A DNA stretch of 63,892 nt, counting the filler, from Octopus bimaculoides (taxonomy: Eukaryota): NCBI RefSeq assembly GCF_001194135.2. It is 8 parts of 8 records of this genome, joined end to end, with 100 filler letters (N's around TTAATTAATTAA, not from the genome) between each part and the next. Parts side by side here need not be neighbours in the genome. Positions count along the whole stretch, not along the records: positions 24,848 to 34,484 come from NC_068987.1; positions 34,585 to 51,488 come from NC_068983.1; 6 more parts are not named here. One strand, 5' to 3'. Below are positions 33,310 through 48,258 of the stretch, in pieces. The notes under the pieces were generated by a model. The model was given only the letters and a program-made list of their open reading frames with translations, was not told the origin of the DNA and made no database searches. Position 1 is the stretch's first letter; every line of letters starts with the position of its first letter. The translations under genes and the position numbers were made by a program.

Positions 33310-34185
33310 GGCTCACGATAAGTTCGTGAACATTCAATACCTGTCACTTCTGCGGCTTTTTCGCCAGATGTGTGGATGATATCTCCATGTTAACATAATC
33401 TTATGAGGAGGCTGATACAAAATGCAATATGTTCAGCAATCGATGTACATATACAATTTAAATTCAAAATCGCAGTGAACGGATCCATCTCCATTACGTT
33501 TTACAGAAAAGTAGCATGCAGACGCCTATTTGTACATTATAATTCATCCTTGCCCTACATGATACGCAGTAAATGCAGCAAGGTAGGAAGCTTAAACACC
33601 AACAGTATATCATTCCGAATAGTCCTGATGGAGAGTAGCTATTCATACTCTTTCACTAAACGCCAGGATATCACCAGACTACCAAATAAAACCCACACAT
33701 CTAAGGATAACGCGTTTTTGATAGTGCAACATCTTAAAAAAAAAAAACAACTGTTGCAATTCACCGTGAGATCTGTAAGGTGGGGATTGAACATACCACC
33801 GGCATACACCGGACCTCCTCTGAGAGGGAATCTAACTAAAAACAAGTCAAGATACAATCATTATCTTGTATTCGTTGTCCATCAGCCCCATCAATAATGA
33901 AAATATATGCCTACGGTCCTACGAGGTGTATAAAATCGCGTGTTGCAAATATAAGGAATTATACATGGGAAGTACTATCAGGTAGGTTCACATACGGTTA
34001 AAGAACACTTCTATGTTAATGATTCTTCTATACAAAAAACACCTACAGAAATGTCACGGACAGGCCATTCAGATTTCCATTGCAACTACAGAAACATTGA
34101 ACGCTTGAGAATAAAAGAAGCCAGTTTAATTAACAAGTGCAACCCACGCATTAACAACAGAACCAATCTGAACGCAGCTGTTTGG
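33310..34185 (+). mobile_element. Penelope-like element 2: RT C-terminus + GIY-YIG endonuclease, frameshifted
   Basis: ARCVDDISML (YVDD motif, 33363-33390); NGSISITFYRK..LFVHYNSSLP; VYKIACCKYKELYMGSTIR*VHIRLK (33926 on); ERLRIKEASLINKCNPRINNR. Confidence 0.8.
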
Positions 34186-34664
34186 ATACAATAGCAACAA
34201 AAATACACACAAGCACACGCACGTACACACGCACACAGATCGACACAGATACACAAACACACACATATACGCATACACTACAGGACAGAAATGCTTGCTC
34301 AGAAGACCATTTCTCCAAAGATTTCCGAAAGAAGGGGTCTTAAGTCTAAATATGGATATACAAAGTAAAAGTACAGAACATCTACGTGTATTATTTAAAA
34401 AAAAAAATTTGCATTGTTTCTGCTTTATAAAATATAATTTAACCCCCACAAACTCTCTCTCTCTATCTCATCCCCATATATATANNNNNNNNNNNNNNNN
34501 NNNNNNNNNNNNNNNNNNNNNNNNNNNNTTAATTAATTAANNNNNNNNNNNNNNNNNNNNNNNNNNNNNNNNNNNNNNNNNNNNATAAAACGTTTAAAAT
34601 TTTGTAAACAGAGAGTTACTTACGTTTCTTGCATAAAGAAAAGAAATTTTATTTAACAAATTGT

Positions 34665-34912
34665 GACACTAAGGACCGAGGTTACCGTGGTCTTTTCCGT
34701 AGGTTTTTCTTTCCACGGATAACCTCCCCATTTATTGGGAAATTTTTGTAATATTTTCTTTTTTTTGTACATACCCCAAACGTTTTGTCGATGCCTTTTC
34801 ATCGTTATCCCCATTTTAATTTTTTACTTTATTTTCGTCCCCATCGAAAAGAAAAACTCTACATTTGTATTTTGTCCCCTCTATGTTGAGCCCTGTGTGG
34901 CTAATAAAGAAA
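34665..34912 (+). mobile_element. 3' UTR/end of an L1/Tx1-like LINE
   Basis: CGAGGTTACCGTGGTCTT..TTTCCACG..CTCCCCATTT.TTGGG.AATT is homologous to 63611-63680. It ends GCCCTGTGTGGCTAATAAAGAAA, like 62960-62980. Confidence 0.55.
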
Positions 34913-35537
34913 CCTATCTATCTGACTGTCTGTATGTCTGTCTGTCTATCGGTCTGTCTGTTTGTCTGTCAATCTGTCTATCTAAATATATATATGTCTA
35001 GATGGGCATATTTTATGTACACACTCAAGCGTACACACATGTAACTCCATATGTATTTACATACACCCCCCGCTCACACACACACATATATATACATATA
35101 CACAAATATATATAAGCATAAGTATATACGTACATACACTCACTCATATATATATATATTTGTATGTTTATATATATATATATGTGAGTGTGTGTGTATT
35201 TACATATATATACTTATGTTTATATACATATATATTTACACACGTACATATGCATGCATAGATATATCCATTTATGCATACATATATATCTACGCACGTG
35301 TGTATCTCAATGACTCTTTCAAGTTTTTTAGGTCATCGTGTTTGTAGCATATTTTGTTCATACATGCATAAGTAAGTTTGTGTGTGTATATATATATATA
35401 TATNNNNNNNNNNATATACATATATGTATATATAAATATATATATAAATATATATATATATATGAAAATGTATATACATGCATATATGCATATATATTTA
35501 CATATGTATACAAAGATATATATACACACACACATAC

Positions 35538-35599
<62 letters not shown>

Positions 35600-36185
35600 G
35601 CGTATATAGGTTCACATATCTATATATTCATCAAGTTGGTAAATTGGTATGCATTTGTACTCACAGCAATACATTTATATTTTTAAGTACACTTATATTC
35701 TCCTTCAGTTATCTCATATTAATTATTAAGAACAAACTAATAAATACAAATAACTTAAAAATGAACATGAAATTCATATTAAGAGAAATCTACTTCATTG
35801 GAATAGGTAAAAAATATGAAGTGCGCAATATTGAATTACTGAACAGTAGTGAATTCGATACAAATTTTAGAATTAATATCTTTTAGTGATCGATTGATAT
35901 TGCTAACATAAACCGATAGGGCACTGTGTCCATGCTAGTTTGATCACAGTTCTCGTATATCACACCATATTGACTTTAACCGTATAAGAGAAAAACTCGT
36001 TGCTCAATGTAATTCTGGGCAAAATTATACCTTTGTGGTTAGAGAAGCTCCCTTTAGAACCACATAATTTTCTGTTCAGTCCCTGTGTACGACTTCTCCG
36101 GCAATAAGCCAAGTTTAGTATACTACAGCGTCAGGTCGAAAGGTGTATTTAGGCATATGTATACATACATACATATGTATGTATG

Positions 36186-36238
<53 letters not shown>

Positions 36239-36771
36239 TAATATAAACAGCTTGGTGCAATGTAATACAATAAAGGAAAAATTTAATCGTCACTAAAGGT
36301 GACCTCGGGTGACAAAACACCTACATTGTTAGAAATTAGAATTAAAAACGCATAATGCTGTGAAATGAGCGCAATATATATATGTTTTTTTCTTCGGTCT
36401 GAATTTTGTATTTACGTTCATAACTTCCGAAATGTACAGCGTTCCGTATTTGTTCATTATTGAACTTAGTCGAACATCATAAATTTGAATCATTTGCTTC
36501 GTATGATTACGGTTTCAAAACCGTAATGCTGTACGGTTGTATTACATCTAATGTCTTTTCAACTTGTTTATTTACATGTACTCATAGATCAACTATGAAT
36601 GTTGTATATGAATGTTATCTATTTTTATTATCTGCCTTCTACTAATAAGACCCTGATAGGGGGGGCGGTAATCACTCCTGACCGTCTCAGACTAATTTCA
36701 CCTATTCAGTAGTATTAGTAGTAGTAGTTGTAGTAGTAGAAGTAGTTGTGATAGTGATGGTCATGGCGGCC

Positions 36772-36804
<33 letters not shown>

Positions 36805-38669
36805 ATTGTTGTTGTTATTGTAGTAATAGTGTAAGAAAATGGAATGATATGTAAAATCAAATCTATACATTAAATGAAGGTGTTTTAATGTGGAATCAAG
36901 ATGTTTGAGTAACAAAACCATCAATCATGTATACAAACAAACACGTAGCCTACTGACTGAAGCACATTACTGTTTCACCATCAGTTGATCTTCGACGGTT
37001 CACTGTCTGAAGGAGCACTAGTTTGATACGGCACCTCTTACCGGCAGCGACGAACAAGAAAGACATATGTGAAAGGAAAAGCTCTACACGGCGTGGGGAG
37101 AGGGAGGACCACGGATTTGAACTGAGACGCCTCTATGATAGTACTCTGTAGATTATTTTGATACTGCTATGTGTAAAGCGATGAAGACTTCATAAACTTT
37201 TATATCCTCGTGCTAACATTGATTTCTAACATTGGTGGAACGCTAGACATTTTTAAGGAGGCAACTGTTGATTCCAATTACTTTAGTCTATTGTTGGTAG
37301 ATATTTTTTATTTCATGACGAGGTAAAAAAATTTGAAGAGAAATAACATAGGGTGATTTCGTATTCAGATTACAAAATGATATATTTAAATACCACAGAG
37401 ATTATTTTATGGATCTCTATCGAAATTGCTGACGCTTATACTAAGTCAATATTTATGCTTCTCCTGTCCAATGCATTTTGTTAAGTTTGTCCTTAACACC
37501 TATGCTTATTTTCAGACTTTTAGTTAGCTCTTGTTTCATATGCTCTGAGAAATGTAAACGTTTCCTTTCATAAGTCCCAAGTTATTCTGATAGTTGAAAG
37601 AAGTTGGGAATGTGTATTTCGTATTATGCATGGACGCCAAGGATATATGTGATACATAGCAAAAGCAAAAGGTTAAGTATAAGACAATAGATTTATATTC
37701 TCAGTCGCTCACACTAATACACACAGATAAAATTGATACAATGTTGACCTCAAATTTAGTAACGGTGTGTACTTTTAGGGAGTCCGAGGGCCAGTTATGA
37801 ATCAATCTGTTCAATCCGCATCTGTAAAGCGATATCTAACAAAAATACCAGTAAACTACGTCCTACTTACTTCCTTATACCTTTTTATATGTATGAGTCA
37901 ACGAACGAGCGTCTAATTATTGGCTATATCTGTTGGAAATAGTAGCTAACCTCCAACGTTGGAACGGCTACCTGTTCTTAGTGTTTGTTTGTTCTGTGGA
38001 TTTCTTTATTTAATGTTTTATTAAGTAAAAAAAACAACCCCTGAATACTTTCTTAAGTAAAGATTTTATTACGGGTATCTTGCTAAATTCCTGGGTTTTC
38101 TTTTATCAACGTTATCCGATGAATTCAATACAATGAATATATTCCTTCATAGATCTAGTGGATAATATGTTCTTGTGTATTAGAACTACTTGGTTCTCTA
38201 TTATGGCGAAGGAGATAAGGAGAATGCTGCGAACGTAAGCCTCGAGGAAGGAGCCACGGCTATTCCATTCTTTTGCTTATATAAATGGCCTCTTGGGAAG
38301 CGAAACTATACTAGTTCAGGTACACATTCACGGACATGCACACATGCACACATGCACACATGCACACACGCACATACAAGAAGGAAACAAACAGAAAGAG
38401 TGAGATTTATGGTTCTACAGTGTGTGATTCTACAGTTGTTTTTGTGTCCGCTTTATTTGCATGAATATTTGCTAGCTCTCTCTCTCGCCCTCTCTATCTA
38501 TCCATCCATCCATCCATCCATATATGGATGTACGTATCCATCTGTGTGTGTATACACATATATTTAAGAAAGCAGATGGATGGAGACTGGGGTAGATACG
38601 CTAATAGACAAATAATAAAATAGATCAATAAATGTAATTGTGTATACATATACATACATACATACATAC

Positions 38670-38702
<33 letters not shown>

Positions 38703-38716
38703 TGTATGTATGTATG

Positions 38717-38775
<59 letters not shown>

Positions 38776-39540
38776 NNNNNNNNNNNNNNNNNNNNNNNNN
38801 NNNNNNNNNNNNNNNNNNNNNNNNNNNNNNNNNNNNNNNNNNNNNNNNNNNNNNNNNNNNNNNNNNNNNNNNNNNNNNNNNNNNNNNNNNNNNNNNNNNN
38901 NNNNNNNNNNNNNNNNNNNNNNNNNNNNNNNNNNNNNNNNNNNNNNNNNNNNNNNNNNNNNNNNNNNNNNNNNNNNNNNNNNNNNNNNNNNNNNNNNNNN
39001 NNNNNNNNNNTCCACCTCTCTTCTTTCTTGGCTACCTACTCACCTACCTACCCACCTATTACCTACCTACCTACCTACCTACCTACCCATCTCTCTCTCG
39101 TTTTATCTCTCTTTCTCTCTGTGCATCTTTTCTTCCTATGTGTCTGTGTCTGTCTGCCTGTCCGTGTATCTGTCTCTCTACCTCTTTTTCTCTCTATCTA
39201 TTATTCTCTCCTGCTTCTGCCTATATTTATATCTATCATTTCACACTCTCTATTTTGGTTTCTAAATTCCTGTTCGTGCATGATATTCTCAACAATACGA
39301 ATAGATTATTTTTTTCCGATAGCGCCAAACAAATATTGCAGGAAACCTGTCTAAAAGCACGTAAATGAAATAAAAGATATCATAAGACACTGTCGTGCAG
39401 ATTTCGCCCTAAATATAGAAACCAGCAGACATTTTGTTAGAAGTAAAATGACTGCCAAGTTTACGAACATCTTCAGCAAAAGAAGCGCGAACATAGCAAC
39501 ACAAATAACAACACCATTAGCAACAGCAAAAATAATTACC

Positions 39541-39575
<35 letters not shown>

Positions 39576-40170
39576 CACCACCACCACCACCACCACCACC
39601 ACCACCAGAAGAAAGGGTTAAGTTATAAAGTCTGACCATAATTTCCAGGTATATAATAGTGAAAATTGATGGTCACAGATAAAATAGCCTTTGACCAATA
39701 GTCAGCTCGAATAAGCTTTTGATCAACACCACCACCACCACCATCATCATCATCATTAACAGCAGCAGCAGCATCACCGTTGTCATCGTTGTCATCATCG
39801 CCGACGTCGTCGTCTTCTTCAACCTTCGCATCGTCAACAACACCGTCCTCCTTATTGTTAGCATAGTCACCATACTCCTCCTTTTGCTCCTTCTCTTTTC
39901 TTTCTTTCCCTCTTTCTCCTTCTCCATTTCTTCTTCTTCTCCACTCCTCTTCCTTCTCCCTCGTCCTCCTCATCAACATCGGAGGTGCCGTCGTCATCAT
40001 GATGATTATTGTGAGTTTCCTTAAGAAAGTAATCACTATTTTCATTATTATTTTCATTATTATTTTCATTATTATTTTCATTATTATTTTCATTATTATT
40101 TTCATTATTATTTTCATTATTATAACCACCATTCTAGGCGCAAGAAGTTTGGCAAGAAGTTATAAGTGCA

Positions 40171-40280
40171 AGATGTGCGGTAAGAAGTTTGCTTCCCAAC
40201 AACACGTTTCCGGGTTCATTCCCAGTGAGTGGCACCTTGGACAAATGTCTTCTGCTATAGTCTCAAGCTGACCATAGCCT
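40171..40280 (+). mobile_element. SINE family B head, interrupted by SINE A
   Basis: GATGTGCGGTAAGAAGTTTGCTTCCCAAC..CCGGGTTCATTCCCA..GGCACCTTGGACAAATGTCTTCTGCTATAG. Confidence 0.75.
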
Positions 40281-40283
40281 TAA

Positions 40284-40500
40284 GGCGGCGAGCTGGCAGA
40301 ATAGTTAGCACGCCGGGTAAATTGCTTGGCGGTATTTCATTCGTCTTCTGAATTCATATTCCATCGATGTCGACTTTGTCTTTCATAATTTCGGGGTCGA
40401 TAAAATAAGTACCAGCTGAGTATTGATATTGATGTAATCGACTATCACCTTCCCCCCTCCAAAAAAAAAATTTCTGGCCTTTTGCCTTTAATAGAAAGGA
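40284..40500 (+). mobile_element. SINE family A, full length
   Basis: GGCGGCGAGCTGGCAGAATAGTTAGCACGCCGGG head through the AATAGAAAGGATT tail. Confidence 0.8.
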
Positions 40501-40807
40501 TTATTATAATCACCATCACCATTACAGTCACGATCACAATAATCATCAACATCATGATAAGGATCACGGCCATCCCAATTAACTCGGTGAAGAATAACAT
40601 CGAAACACTGTTCTTAATTTAATACGAGATTAACAGTAATCCCTGTAAGAAAAACGTCATCAGCATCAACTGCATCCTCAACTACAGCTTGAGCATCAGA
40701 AACATGAACATCAACAAATAAAAGGAACCGTCGGATACATGGTCGGAAAAAACTTTTCGCGTTTGAATCAACACTACAACTAACAACAACAACAACAACA
40801 ACAGCAG

Positions 40808-40863
<56 letters not shown>

Positions 40864-40879
40864 GCTGCTACTGTTGCTG

Positions 40880-40958
<79 letters not shown>

Positions 40959-41744
40959 AGCTAAAATTTTTAACGACAATAATACGAACACGAATATAAT
41001 TAGCTTCTTCAATCACTAATTCCGTCACCATCGTACAACAGAGCATTCCACCACCACCACCACCACCACCACCACCACCNNNNNNNNNNNNNNNNNNNNN
41101 NNNNNNNNNNNNNNNNNNNNNNACCATCGTACAACAGAGCATTCCACCACCACCACCACCACCACCACCACCACTACCACCACCTTCTCCTCCTCCACCA
41201 CCACCACTAACACCACCACCACTAACACCACTACTACTAACACCACCACCACCACCACCATCTTCTAAACAAACACCGCAATGACCACCGCTTACATTGT
41301 CCAGCACTACGTCTGCGACCAACACTGTTGCAGCCACTAATCACGCGACCATTAACCACCAACAACAACCAGAGGCACCAGGATCGTTAACATCCATCAC
41401 CAATATTACCAACACCACCACCATCATCAACAACAACAACAACAACATCAATATTGCCAACACCACCATCAACAACATCAACATCAACATCATTACCGCC
41501 TTTCCCCCTCCGCCTCCTCCTAATAATGACGATAGTAATAATAGTAATAATAATAATAATAATTATAATAATGATTTCATTTATTTGCCACAATGCGAAG
41601 GATGAGGGGGACAGTACAGTGACAGACATAAAGTGTGGGGGTTTACATATAATGAAGTGATAAAAAAAAAGTATACACGGAATACACTAGAAAAGAAGCG
41701 CCATATGCATAGCATACAACGGTAAAAGAGGGAGGATGATAGAG

Positions 41745-42103
41745 ATGTGGCCCTCCTGATACAGGAACGCCTCTAGAGATAATCGAGGAACCCCACTATC
41801 CGAGATTTTCCTGAAACTCTATGAGCAAGTGCCCCCTCTCCAATTCCTTCTCTCCGACTCACAAGTCTACACTTAGAGAGGTACCATCCACTCTCGCCAT
41901 TTTCGCAACTTTCATCTACCTTTCAGTAAACCCACTCGGAGACAGCACTTCCCTCTCCACTCTCAATTTCCTTTTGAAGTGATACTTTAAAAAGTCAATG
42001 AGAGCTTTGCCAAAGAGGAATGTATCTGTCCTCATGCCTTTCAGCCTTGTCCACCAAACAACCTCTTTCGCCGCAGCCACCAGGCAAAGGAAAACTGCAT
42101 GAC
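41745..42103 (-). mobile_element. L1/Tx1-like LINE ORF2 C-terminus + start of 3' UTR
   Basis: Reverse strand reads AVFLCLVAAAKEVVWWTRLKGMRTDTFLFGKALIDFLKYHFKRKLRVEREVLSPSGFTER*MKVAKMARVDGTSLSVDL* (stop at 41859). Homologous to 63110-63567. Clade call is from recall. Confidence 0.6.
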
Positions 42104-42124
42104 AACAACAACAATAATAATAAT

Positions 42125-42267
42125 AATCCTCTCTACTAAAGGCATAGGGCGTGAAATTTGGCGGGAGAGGTCTAGTTGATTACATCAACTCACGTTTTTC
42201 ATTGATACTTAATTTATCGACCCTAAATTTCAACTCAGAACGTTGCAATAACAACAACAACAACACC

Positions 42268-42320
<53 letters not shown>

Positions 42321-42461
42321 TGATAATAATAGTAATAATGGTTTCAAATTTTGTCACAAGGGTAGCCATTTTGGGGGGAAGGGGTTGAAGGCGACATCCT
42401 CGATACCAGTATTTAACTGGTATTAAATTTATCGAACTCGAAAGGATGAAAGGCAAAGTCA
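42125..42461 (-). mobile_element. Two SINE family A fragments (42125-42246, 42336-42461) separated by (AAT)n
   Basis: Reverse-strand core motifs GATTACATC..TACTTAATTTATCGACCC and CGAAAGGATGAAAGGCAAAGTC. Confidence 0.7.
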
Positions 42462-43104
42462 TCATCATCGTCATCCTCAGCGCCACCACCATCATCAGCA
42501 TCATCCTAATCGTCCCCATTATTACCACCCCCAGCACCACCATAACAACCTCCAGCCACCCTACCACCATTACCACCACCACCATCACCATCATCGTCGT
42601 CGTCATCATTATCGACGTCGATGTTATTCTCCTTATGGTGACTTTTACTGTGCATTTTTATTTATTTCTATAGGATTTCGATTTTAATTTTAGATTTTTG
42701 TGTTATTTTGTACTTTCTGTTGCTCTGTTTTCGAAGTGTTTTTTTTTTCTTTAAGTAATTCTTTTTTTGTAATATATTGTATTCTGTTAGTGTTGTTGTT
42801 GCGATTGATGTTAATGATGATAATAATGGTATGGGGAGGGAAAATGTAAAACCAGGATCTGGAAATGAAAGAAGAGATGTTGATGTTGTTGTTGTTGCTG
42901 TAGTGGTGCTAGTGATGGTGGTAGATGGGTGGTGGTGGTGCTATGTCTCCCTTGTAGCCGTTTTAAAGTACACTTTCATGATGAGGTCAGACATTTGGCT
43001 GAGCTGCGTGTGTTGTATTTTTGTATATTTTACATCGCTTCTCCATTCGTTTTTCGAGCAAATATAAGACAAGACGGAAATAGAGATAGATAGATAGATA
43101 GATA

Positions 43105-43217
<113 letters not shown>

Positions 43218-43729
43218 TGAGAGACACAGAGAGAGAGCAGATAAAGAGAAAGAGAGAGAGAGAAACAGAGACACACAGAGACAAAGAGGGACTGAGAACA
43301 TCAGAGTGAGAGTGAAACAAACACACAAAGAGAGACAGAGAGAGAAAGAGAGACGGTGAGAGAGAACGAGAGTGTAATGAGAGGAAAGATGGCGGAGAAG
43401 AGCGATGAGTAGAAGTAAGAAATAAAAGAAACAAAATGACAGAAGAAAACAACAAAATGTAAAGTATTGGAAACATGTTTTGTGGAAGCGAATAACAAAT
43501 ATAGTTCAATGAGTTTTGTTGTAGACCAAGACTGGTATTATTACAGACACTGGTACACTGCAGATGAATGTTTATATGTGTTTATGAGTGATGATGTATG
43601 TACGTGCATATGTGTATTTATACATATATACATATATATATATACGCATACATTTATTTTCACATAAATATGCAAGCATGTATATATAGATATCTATAGG
43701 TCTCTCTCTCCCTCTTTTCTCTCACCATA

Positions 43730-43783
<54 letters not shown>

Positions 43784-44218
43784 NNNNNNNNNNACACACA
43801 CACACTCACACACACACACACACACACGCACGCACACACGCAGGCATTTACTGCGTGCGAGAACCTGACATGAACAGACTAAACTTAAGCAAATACAGAT
43901 GGGAAGTCGTTCTCATCCTCGAGCGCGAGCACACACGTACACACACACACGGGCGCGCGCACATATACATAAACACTCGCATATATACATGCATACACAT
44001 ATACATATGCATACACTATATCATAGACACGAAGACACGAAGACACGAAGACATACATATTAATCGGTATAAATTTATATGGAATATAACAAAAGAAAAA
44101 ATATAAAAAGCTCTTTGAGAGTATAAATATCCCAAAAGTTACAGTAGAAGTATTATATAACAATTAACATTGTTTGTGGAAAGAATACTAGACATTATAC
44201 ATGAGCAGTGGTGCGTAC

Positions 44219-44261
<43 letters not shown>

Positions 44262-45329
44262 TAGATATGTTGGGTGCGTTTGCTCCTATATAATTATATA
44301 TTTATGTATGCATACGAGTATGCTTTTTGTGGATGTGTATATATGTTATAGCTGTAGAAAAACTGTTGGCATACAACGATCATTTTTTAGTAAGTATGGG
44401 AAGTGAAAATGTTATACAAATGTTTGATAATGCAGAAATGTGTCGGGCGATTTTAGTAACATATCAATCAGACTTCTAATGGTACACCTATCAACCTTTC
44501 TGTGTTATCAATTACATGGAACTATCACAGTCTAAAATATATTAAATGGGAGACGGATCACATACACAGTCACATATACGTGATGTATACATGCCTGTGT
44601 GAAGGTAAATACATATATCTATATACAAACACACATATACATATATAAATGTGTATATATAATATACATTAAAAGAAGAAATCTTCATGCGTAAAGTGCA
44701 TATATTCATACACTTATATAAATGAACTCAGCTATATATATGCATATATGTGAATGTGTGTTTTTGTGTGTGTGTGTGCGTATGTATGTGTCTATATATG
44801 TATATTTTTATTTATGCATATATATATGTATACACACATGTATACGGAGTGTTACACTATACATATGTGTGCGCGTGCGCGATCGTATGTGTGTATGCGT
44901 GTGTATGTATGCATATGACAGCTGAAGCTCTTTGACTTGGAGATTTTCACCTCAAGTTTGAGTCTTCCGATATCATCGGGATAAACATCGACTTTATTTA
45001 AACCACTGCCTTTCAAATATATCTATGCTCATGGAAACTTACTCTGTTACAATGCCGACAAAAGATATATATATATATATATAGTTAAAATAAAGTATAG
45101 GTGTAACAATAAGAAGAAAATACAATACAACGACGAATAAATAACTAACGAATTCGAAATACTAAGAACTTGGTCGAATACAGAACTGAAGGTCTATTCT
45201 TTATAGTTTCAAATTTTCAGAAAAATCATGAACAGTTTTCGATATAAAACAAAACAAATTCACTTGAATATGCCTATATTATATATATTAAATCGGATGG
45301 TGATATAGAAAACTTCATATCAATTGATA

Positions 45330-46300
45330 TGAATGAGTGTATAAGTAGGTTGTGTCTGACATTGGAAGTTTTTGTGGCGGGTTCCTAAATGTTCCACTGT
45401 GCGACTCTCCATGTCATATGCATGCTTTATATATATAACTGTCTTACGAAAATTTCTGTAAGTGGTCAATTGAAAGTGATAAACTTTCAAGATGATTAGA
45501 TTATTCTTATAGACTGTATATACGGTAGTTTTACGTTGCAGTTTAATACTTACGATACGATTGTGTTTAGACAATTATTGATATGCTATTGGTGTTGAAG
45601 AGCTTGTGATGTTTGTGTGCGTTTGGGAAATAAATTCTTCATTGGGACTGCGAGTTCTTAGCTATGTAGGATGCTTGACTTCACAGCAATATGACCGTGA
45701 CCAAATAACACAGAGGGAAACTAAACATAAGCAAATACGAATGCGATAGTGATTCACATAATTAATATAGGGAGTTGGAGACTCGAATTCTATTCAATTT
45801 GTTGGCAACAATTCTGTTTCGGGTGTTGAAACCAAAAATTATTAGCAAGGGAGATAGCGCCAATTCAATCTACTAAAGTTTTGAGAATGAAGAATATGCA
45901 GTATGGGAGTGAAAGTGTTGTTTCAGCTAACTGTTGAAATTGGCAGACTTATTTCTGTATAATGAAGCCTCTTCACTGAAACATACTTTACTCTGTTGGC
46001 AAAGTTAAGTTTGATTAATATTTAGAAAGATGGAGTGGAAGCAAAGGGGATCAGAAGTTCCAACAATATTGCTGATCAACATAACTTAGAAGAATCGAAC
46101 TGCATTTCAAATATAATTACGATAGTGACTCAATCGTATTATTGTTATTTATAATCAACATCACTTCTTTGTATATTAATCCTTATTAGTTTCGCCAACT
46201 GAGTTGCATATACTTGGCTTAAATTTGTAAACAGGTCCGTTGTCCACTGTTTCCACGATGTGACTTAAATAGTGGATTCACTGCATTTTCTATATTAAAA
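45330..46300 (-). mobile_element. Possible very old Penelope-like remnant
   Basis: Reverse-strand VYHFQ..ESRTVEHLG weakly recalls the GIY-YIG VY.F.C...R..EHLG pattern. Otherwise decayed. Confidence 0.25.
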
Positions 46301-47632
46301 TAATATCCAATCACAATGCCTAGGTGGCGCTTTCGAGTTCAAATTGCAAATCAATATTTTTCACCCACCATATTAAATATGCAAGATCCTTAATATTTGT
46401 AGTTTTTTTATCTACCGAATGTAGTCATTCATTTCCTTAATTTGTTACCCCCTACAGAGGTCAATTTTCCTAGAGCTACACGCCCTTCTGTACGCTAGAC
46501 AACCTATCATATTGCTGGGTTGAATAAAAGAGCTCGTACACCTATCAGTTATATTCTTTCTCTGTATTTGTCGGCTTGTTTTCAGTCTCTTGTTGCTAAG
46601 TCTATTTTTCTTCTCGTCTAGCGTCTAATGAACTGCTCCTGTTGACTCCTTATTTTGTTGAAAAGCATTCTGGTGGTTTTGGTTGGTCACTCTATTTGCA
46701 TTGAGGATCGGCAGCATTCAGACTTTACGAAGTATACGTGACACATATATAATGACAAAACCCCCCAGTGGCGATTTGGTAGAATCGATAGAGCATTAGC
46801 TAGAATGCTTTGCAGTATACATTCCGAGTCTCCGTACTCTGAGTTCCAATGTTCAAATCTAATCTTGGTAGACATTGTTTTATTTCTTTCCTGATTCATA
46901 AATAAAGTAACGGTGCAGTGTGAAGAAGATTTCTTTCAGAGATTTCTTTTAGTACACGTTCAAATTTTTCTCATTCTGAATTGAAATTCCACATGGGTAT
47001 CAATGACCACATGACAAAGACGAAACCCATAAAGTCAACATACCCAAGTAATCTACATCATAGATAAACTAGCAACGGTATGCTAGAGTATTTACTCCGG
47101 AGCGGATCGATTACAGCTGAGTGGAGATGAACGATAGTAAGTGCATTAGACATATACAACTTGTGAAACCATATGTGATCTAAAATAGTCTTTCTGTTCT
47201 TGTTGAATTACGAACATTTGAGGAAGACTTTATTGTAACAGTACGTACGTACCACAAATACAATCACACAAACTCATACACCCATATACTCACAGAAGCA
47301 AATAACATATTTAATCACGCTGACACGAACATAAATCATTCGCGATCTCTGCTGTTCTGCATCATTAATTGATAATAAATAGCTTATTGTCTTGTTGAGG
47401 ATGGGGGACGACGATGGCTGAATGGTCCAGTGGTGTGCACATGTGAAGGGAATTGTTTTTTTTTCGTGCACACTGTGTCAAATCAAGCTAATGTTGAAGA
47501 AATTTAGCTTTTTCACTTCATCTTCGACTCTCACTCTTACGTCGAGTGTCTTGAAAGTTTGTGCGCGAGTGCATTTGGTGTAAGTCTCCTTCACGCCGTT
47601 CATGATCATTAATCTTTAATCAAACTCAGGCT

Positions 47633-47756
47633 CACTCAATTATAATTCTTTCTCAAAACCAAACCATTTTAGCACTCATTTCATTGATCAGCTGTAGACC
47701 ATTGACATGGATTGATCAGTTATCTTGGGTATTTTGACTATTGATATAAAGTTATT
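47633..47756 (+). repeat. 124-bp diverged direct repeat, copy 1 (partner 48735-48858)
   Basis: CACTCA.TTATAA.TCTTTCTCA..TTTTAGCACTCA..TCATTGATCAG.TGTAGACCATTG..TCAG.T.TCTTGG..TTGACT.TTGATA.A.AGTTATT is colinear in both copies. Confidence 0.8.
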
Positions 47757-47936
47757 TTAGAGTTAGCTTTTAGTTTAAAAAATCATTTCTCCGTTGAATT
47801 ATGAATTATGTTAAACTTCTTACTTGTATCTGCTGAAAATATTCCTATTAAATTCACCTGTTCTCAACATTTACATTTTCTTGCACAAATCTTTATATTG
47901 TGAACAAAGAAACCATTAATAACTCAAGATACTAAA

Positions 47937-48258
47937 GTGCATGGCTCAGTGGTTAAGCGTCGAGCTTACGATCGTGAGGTTGTGAGTTCGATTCCCTGAC
48001 CGGGCTGCGTGTTGTGTTTTGAGCAAGACACTTTATTTCACGTTGCTCCAGTTCACTCAGCTGTGGAAACGAATCATGACGTCACTGGTGCCAAGCTGTA
48101 TCGGCCTTTGCCTTTCCTTTGGATAACACTGGTGGCGGGGAGAGTGGAGGCCCGTATGCATGGGTGACTGCTGGCCTTCCATAAACAACCTTGCCCGGAT
48201 TTGTGCCTCGGAGCGTAACTTTCTAGGTGCTATCCCATGGTCATTCATGACCAAAGGG
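47937..48258 (+). mobile_element. tRNA-derived SINE family E (working label), full length
   Basis: A-box TGGCTCAGTGG, B-box GAGTTCGATTCC, central TTGAGCAAGACACTTTATTTCACGTTGCTCCAGTTCACTCAGCTG, and a distinct 3' tail. Confidence 0.85.

Noticed and set aside
40161-40215. YKCKMCGKKFASQQH resembling a C2H2 zinc finger
   Set aside because: The CGKKFASQ part is the translated SINE B tRNA head (GTGCGGTAAGAAGTTTGCTTCCCAAC). The His residues are not at C2H2 spacing.
41027-41160. ACCATCGTACAACAGAGCATTCCACC.. repeated on both sides of a gap
   Set aside because: Identical copies abutting an N run next to an (ACC)n tract; most likely an assembly overlap.
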